A stretch of 64,000 nucleotides of DNA from Burkholderiaceae bacterium. GTDB taxonomy: Bacteria; Pseudomonadota; Gammaproteobacteria; Burkholderiales; Burkholderiaceae_E. The stretch is from contig JAXMFB010000012.1 in the NCBI GenBank assembly GCA_046347945.1, forward strand, positions 54,572 through 118,571, read 5' to 3'. This document shows positions 61,877-64,000 of the stretch, piece by piece (within the stretch, counting starts at the first letter, position 1; each line of letters opens with the position of its first letter). The position numbers were made by a program, and so were the translations under genes. The notes beneath the pieces are model-generated. The model was not told where the DNA came from, did not search any database, and saw nothing but the letters and a program-made list of their open reading frames with translations.

Positions 61877-63061
61877 TCAGGCGCGCTCGAAGATCGCGGC
61901 GATGCCCTGTCCGCCGCCGATGCACATCGTGACCAGCGCGCGGCGGCCGCCGGTGCGCTGCAGCTCGTAGAGCGCCTTGACGGTGATCAGCGCGCCGGTG
62001 GCGCCGACCGGGTGGCCGATCGAGATCCCCGAGCCGTTGGGGTTGACCCGCGCCGGATCGAGGTCGAGGTCGCGCGTCACCGCCAGCGCCTGTGCGGCGA
62101 ACGCCTCGTTGGCCTCGACGACGTCGATCTGGTGCGCCTTCAGGCCGGCTTTCTCGAGCGCCTTGCGCGAAGCGGGCACCGGGCCGATCCCCATGTAGGC
62201 CGGGTCGACGCCGGCATGCGCGTACGAGACGAGCCGCGCCAGCGGCGCGAGGCCGCGCGCCTCGGCGGCGCGGCGTTCCATCAGCACGAGCGCCGCGGCG
62301 CCGTCGTTGATGCCGGACGCGTTGCCCGGCGTGACGGTGCCGTCTTCCCTGGCGAACGCCGGCTTGAGCTTGCGCATCTCCTCGATCGTCGCGTCGTGGC
62401 GGATGTGCTCGTCGGCGGCGAACGTGGTCGTGCCCTTGCGCGACTTCAGCTCGATCGGCAGGATCTGCGACGCAAAGCGGCCCTCGCGCGTGGCGAGCGA
62501 CGCGCGCCGATGGCTTTCGACCGCCAGCGCGTCCTGGTCCTCGCGCGAGATGCCCCACTTCTTCGCGACGTTCTCCGCGGTCACGCCCATGTGGACGTTG
62601 TGGAACGGGTCGTGCAGCGCGCCCGTCATCATGTCGACGACGCGCGCGTCGCCCATCCGCGCGCCCCAGCGGGCGGCCGGCATCGAGTACGGGCCGCGGC
62701 TCATCACCTCGGCGCCGCCGGCGACGGCCGCGTCGGCGTCGCCGAGCAGGATCGCCTGCGACGCGGAGACGATCGCCTGCATGCCCGAGCCGCACAGCCG
62801 GTTCAGCGTCATCGCCGGCACGTCCTGCGACAGCCCGCCCTCGAGCGCGGCGACGCGCGCCAGGTACATGTCGCGCGGCTCGGTGTTGATCACGTGCCCG
62901 AAGACGACATGCTGGATGTCGCCGGCGCCGAGCCCGGCCCGCGCGACCGCCTCGCGCACCACCATCGCGCCGAGTTGGGTCGGCGCGTGATCCTTCAGGC
63001 TGCCGCCGAAGGTTCCCACTGCGGTGCGCACTGCGCTGACGACGACGACTTCACGGTTCAT
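61877..63061 (-). CDS. bktB: Acetyl-CoA C-acyltransferase (beta-ketothiolase BktB-like)
   Basis: RTAVG.FGGSL, NRLCGSG, NASGINDGAA, NEAFAAQ, GHPVGATG, MCIGGGQG; EPRDMYL typical of BktB. Confidence 0.9.
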   Translation of the reverse strand: MNREVVVVSAVRTAVGTFGGSLKDHAPTQLGAMVVREAVARAGLGAGDIQHVVFGHVINTEPRDMYLARVAALEGGLSQDVPAMTLNRLCGSGMQAIVSASQAILLGDADAAVAGGAEVMSRGPYSMPAARWGARMGDARVVDMMTGALHDPFHNVHMGVTAENVAKKWGISREDQDALAVESHRRASLATREGRFASQILPIELKSRKGTTTFAADEHIRHDATIEEMRKLKPAFAREDGTVTPGNASGINDGAAALVLMERRAAEARGLAPLARLVSYAHAGVDPAYMGIGPVPASRKALEKAGLKAHQIDVVEANEAFAAQALAVTRDLDLDPARVNPNGSGISIGHPVGATGALITVKALYELQRTGGRRALVTMCIGGGQGIAAIFERA

Positions 63062-63126
63062 GGCTTGTCCTCCAGGGGGGATGCGTTCGAATAGGGGATC
63101 GAGGGGCGGGGCCGGCGCGCGAGCGC

Positions 63127-63813
63127 TCAGTGAAGCGTCGCGCCGTTGCGTGCGCGCCGCGTGCGCCCGCGGAACAGCGTCTGCAGCACGCGGGTGGTGC
63201 CGAGATTGACCATCGACTGGCCGATCGAGTGCGCCTCGTCGGCAGCGATGTCCAGCGTGACGTCGGCCCCGGCGGCGCTCAGCCCGCGATAGGCGCGCTG
63301 CGCGTGCACGGCAGGAACGAGGCTGTCGAACTCGCCGTGCACCAGGTGGATCGTCGGCACGATCCTCTCCTCGGGGGCGATCGGCCGCGCCAGCTGGCCG
63401 GCGTACGAAACCACGATCGATGCGAGCGGCGCATGCGAACGCGCCAGCTCGAGCGCGACGGTCGCGCCCTGCGAAAACCCGATGACGACGGTGCGCGCGC
63501 CCTCGATGCCGGTGGCGACCTGCAGGGCCTCGAGGCGCCGCGCCACGACGGCGCAGGCGTCCTCGATCCGCGGTTGCCGGTCGGCGGATACCCCGCGCGC
63601 ATCGAACCAGTCCTTGCCGCGATGCGCGGAGCCGTCGCGAAGCGCCTCGAGGATCGCCGCCGTTGCGCCGGGGAACTTCAGCTGCCAGGCGAGCGCGATC
63701 GGCGCGAAGGCTTCCGCGCTCGAGCCGGCGCCGTGCAGGAAGACCAGCAGGCGCCGCGGGGCCTGCGCCGACTGGGGCGGCAACTCGAGCCACAACTGGC
63801 CAGCCCGGTTCAA
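63127..63813 (-). CDS. Phospholipase/carboxylesterase (YpfH-like esterase)
   Basis: FLHG.G, GFSQG nucleophile, HG..D, H; TTG start after AGGAGG. Confidence 0.82.
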   Translation of the reverse strand: MNRAGQLWLELPPQSAQAPRRLLVFLHGAGSSAEAFAPIALAWQLKFPGATAAILEALRDGSAHRGKDWFDARGVSADRQPRIEDACAVVARRLEALQVATGIEGARTVVIGFSQGATVALELARSHAPLASIVVSYAGQLARPIAPEERIVPTIHLVHGEFDSLVPAVHAQRAYRGLSAAGADVTLDIAADEAHSIGQSMVNLGTTRVLQTLFRGRTRRARNGATLH

Positions 63814-63826
63814 CTGCTGCGGCCTC

Positions 63827-64000
63827 CTACAGGAACTTCGAGCCGATCCACCAGGCGACGGCGGCCATGGCCGCCGATGCCGGAATCGTGAGGATCCAGG
63901 CCCAGACGATGTTGCCGGCGAGCCCCCAGCGCACGGCCGAGAACTTCTGCGACGAGCCGACGCCGACGATGGCGCCGGTGATCGTGTGCGTCGTCGACAC
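63827..64000 (-). CDS. pit: Inorganic phosphate transporter (PiT family), C-terminal part, truncated by the window edge
   Basis: Minus strand VSTTHTITGAIVGVG...SAVRWG.AGNIVWAWILTIP...KFL*. Confidence 0.88.
   Translation of the reverse strand: MSTTHTITGAIVGVGSSQKFSAVRWGLAGNIVWAWILTIPASAAMAAVAWWIGSKFL

Overview
This is a high-GC (~70%) chromosomal segment whose gene order points to a Burkholderiales betaproteobacterium. Supporting arrangements are fkpB-ispH, zapA-6S RNA-EVE, dapB-bamE-fur, and recN-nadK-hrcA-hemH-grpE-dnaK-dnaJ. Content is mostly core and metabolic: a MacAB/FtsX-like ABC exporter with a frameshifted adaptor, livHMGF, ilvD, lgt, malonate matAB, dsbD, a B12 riboswitch with btuBF, a tldD/E pair, tonB-exbBD, the heat-shock operon, a two-subunit formate dehydrogenase, a TetR-regulated CoA-ligase/hydratase cluster, hemL and bktB. 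RNA features are tRNA-Thr(CGT), 6S RNA, the cobalamin riboswitch and a candidate anti-SD sRNA. The most striking feature is a four-helix-bundle (23S-IVP/Avd-like) gene sitting between dnaK and dnaJ. It is bracketed by inverted arrays of 7-bp repeats (27/30 nt complementary) that could loop the whole ORF out of the chaperone mRNA, like an intervening sequence in an mRNA. Also notable are a collapsed bacterioferritin relic facing a ligand-deficient bfd, a TldD gene with no canonical start codon, and six apparently leaderless genes. I saw no CRISPR array, integrase or transposase. All assignments come from motif recognition by eye, without database searches.
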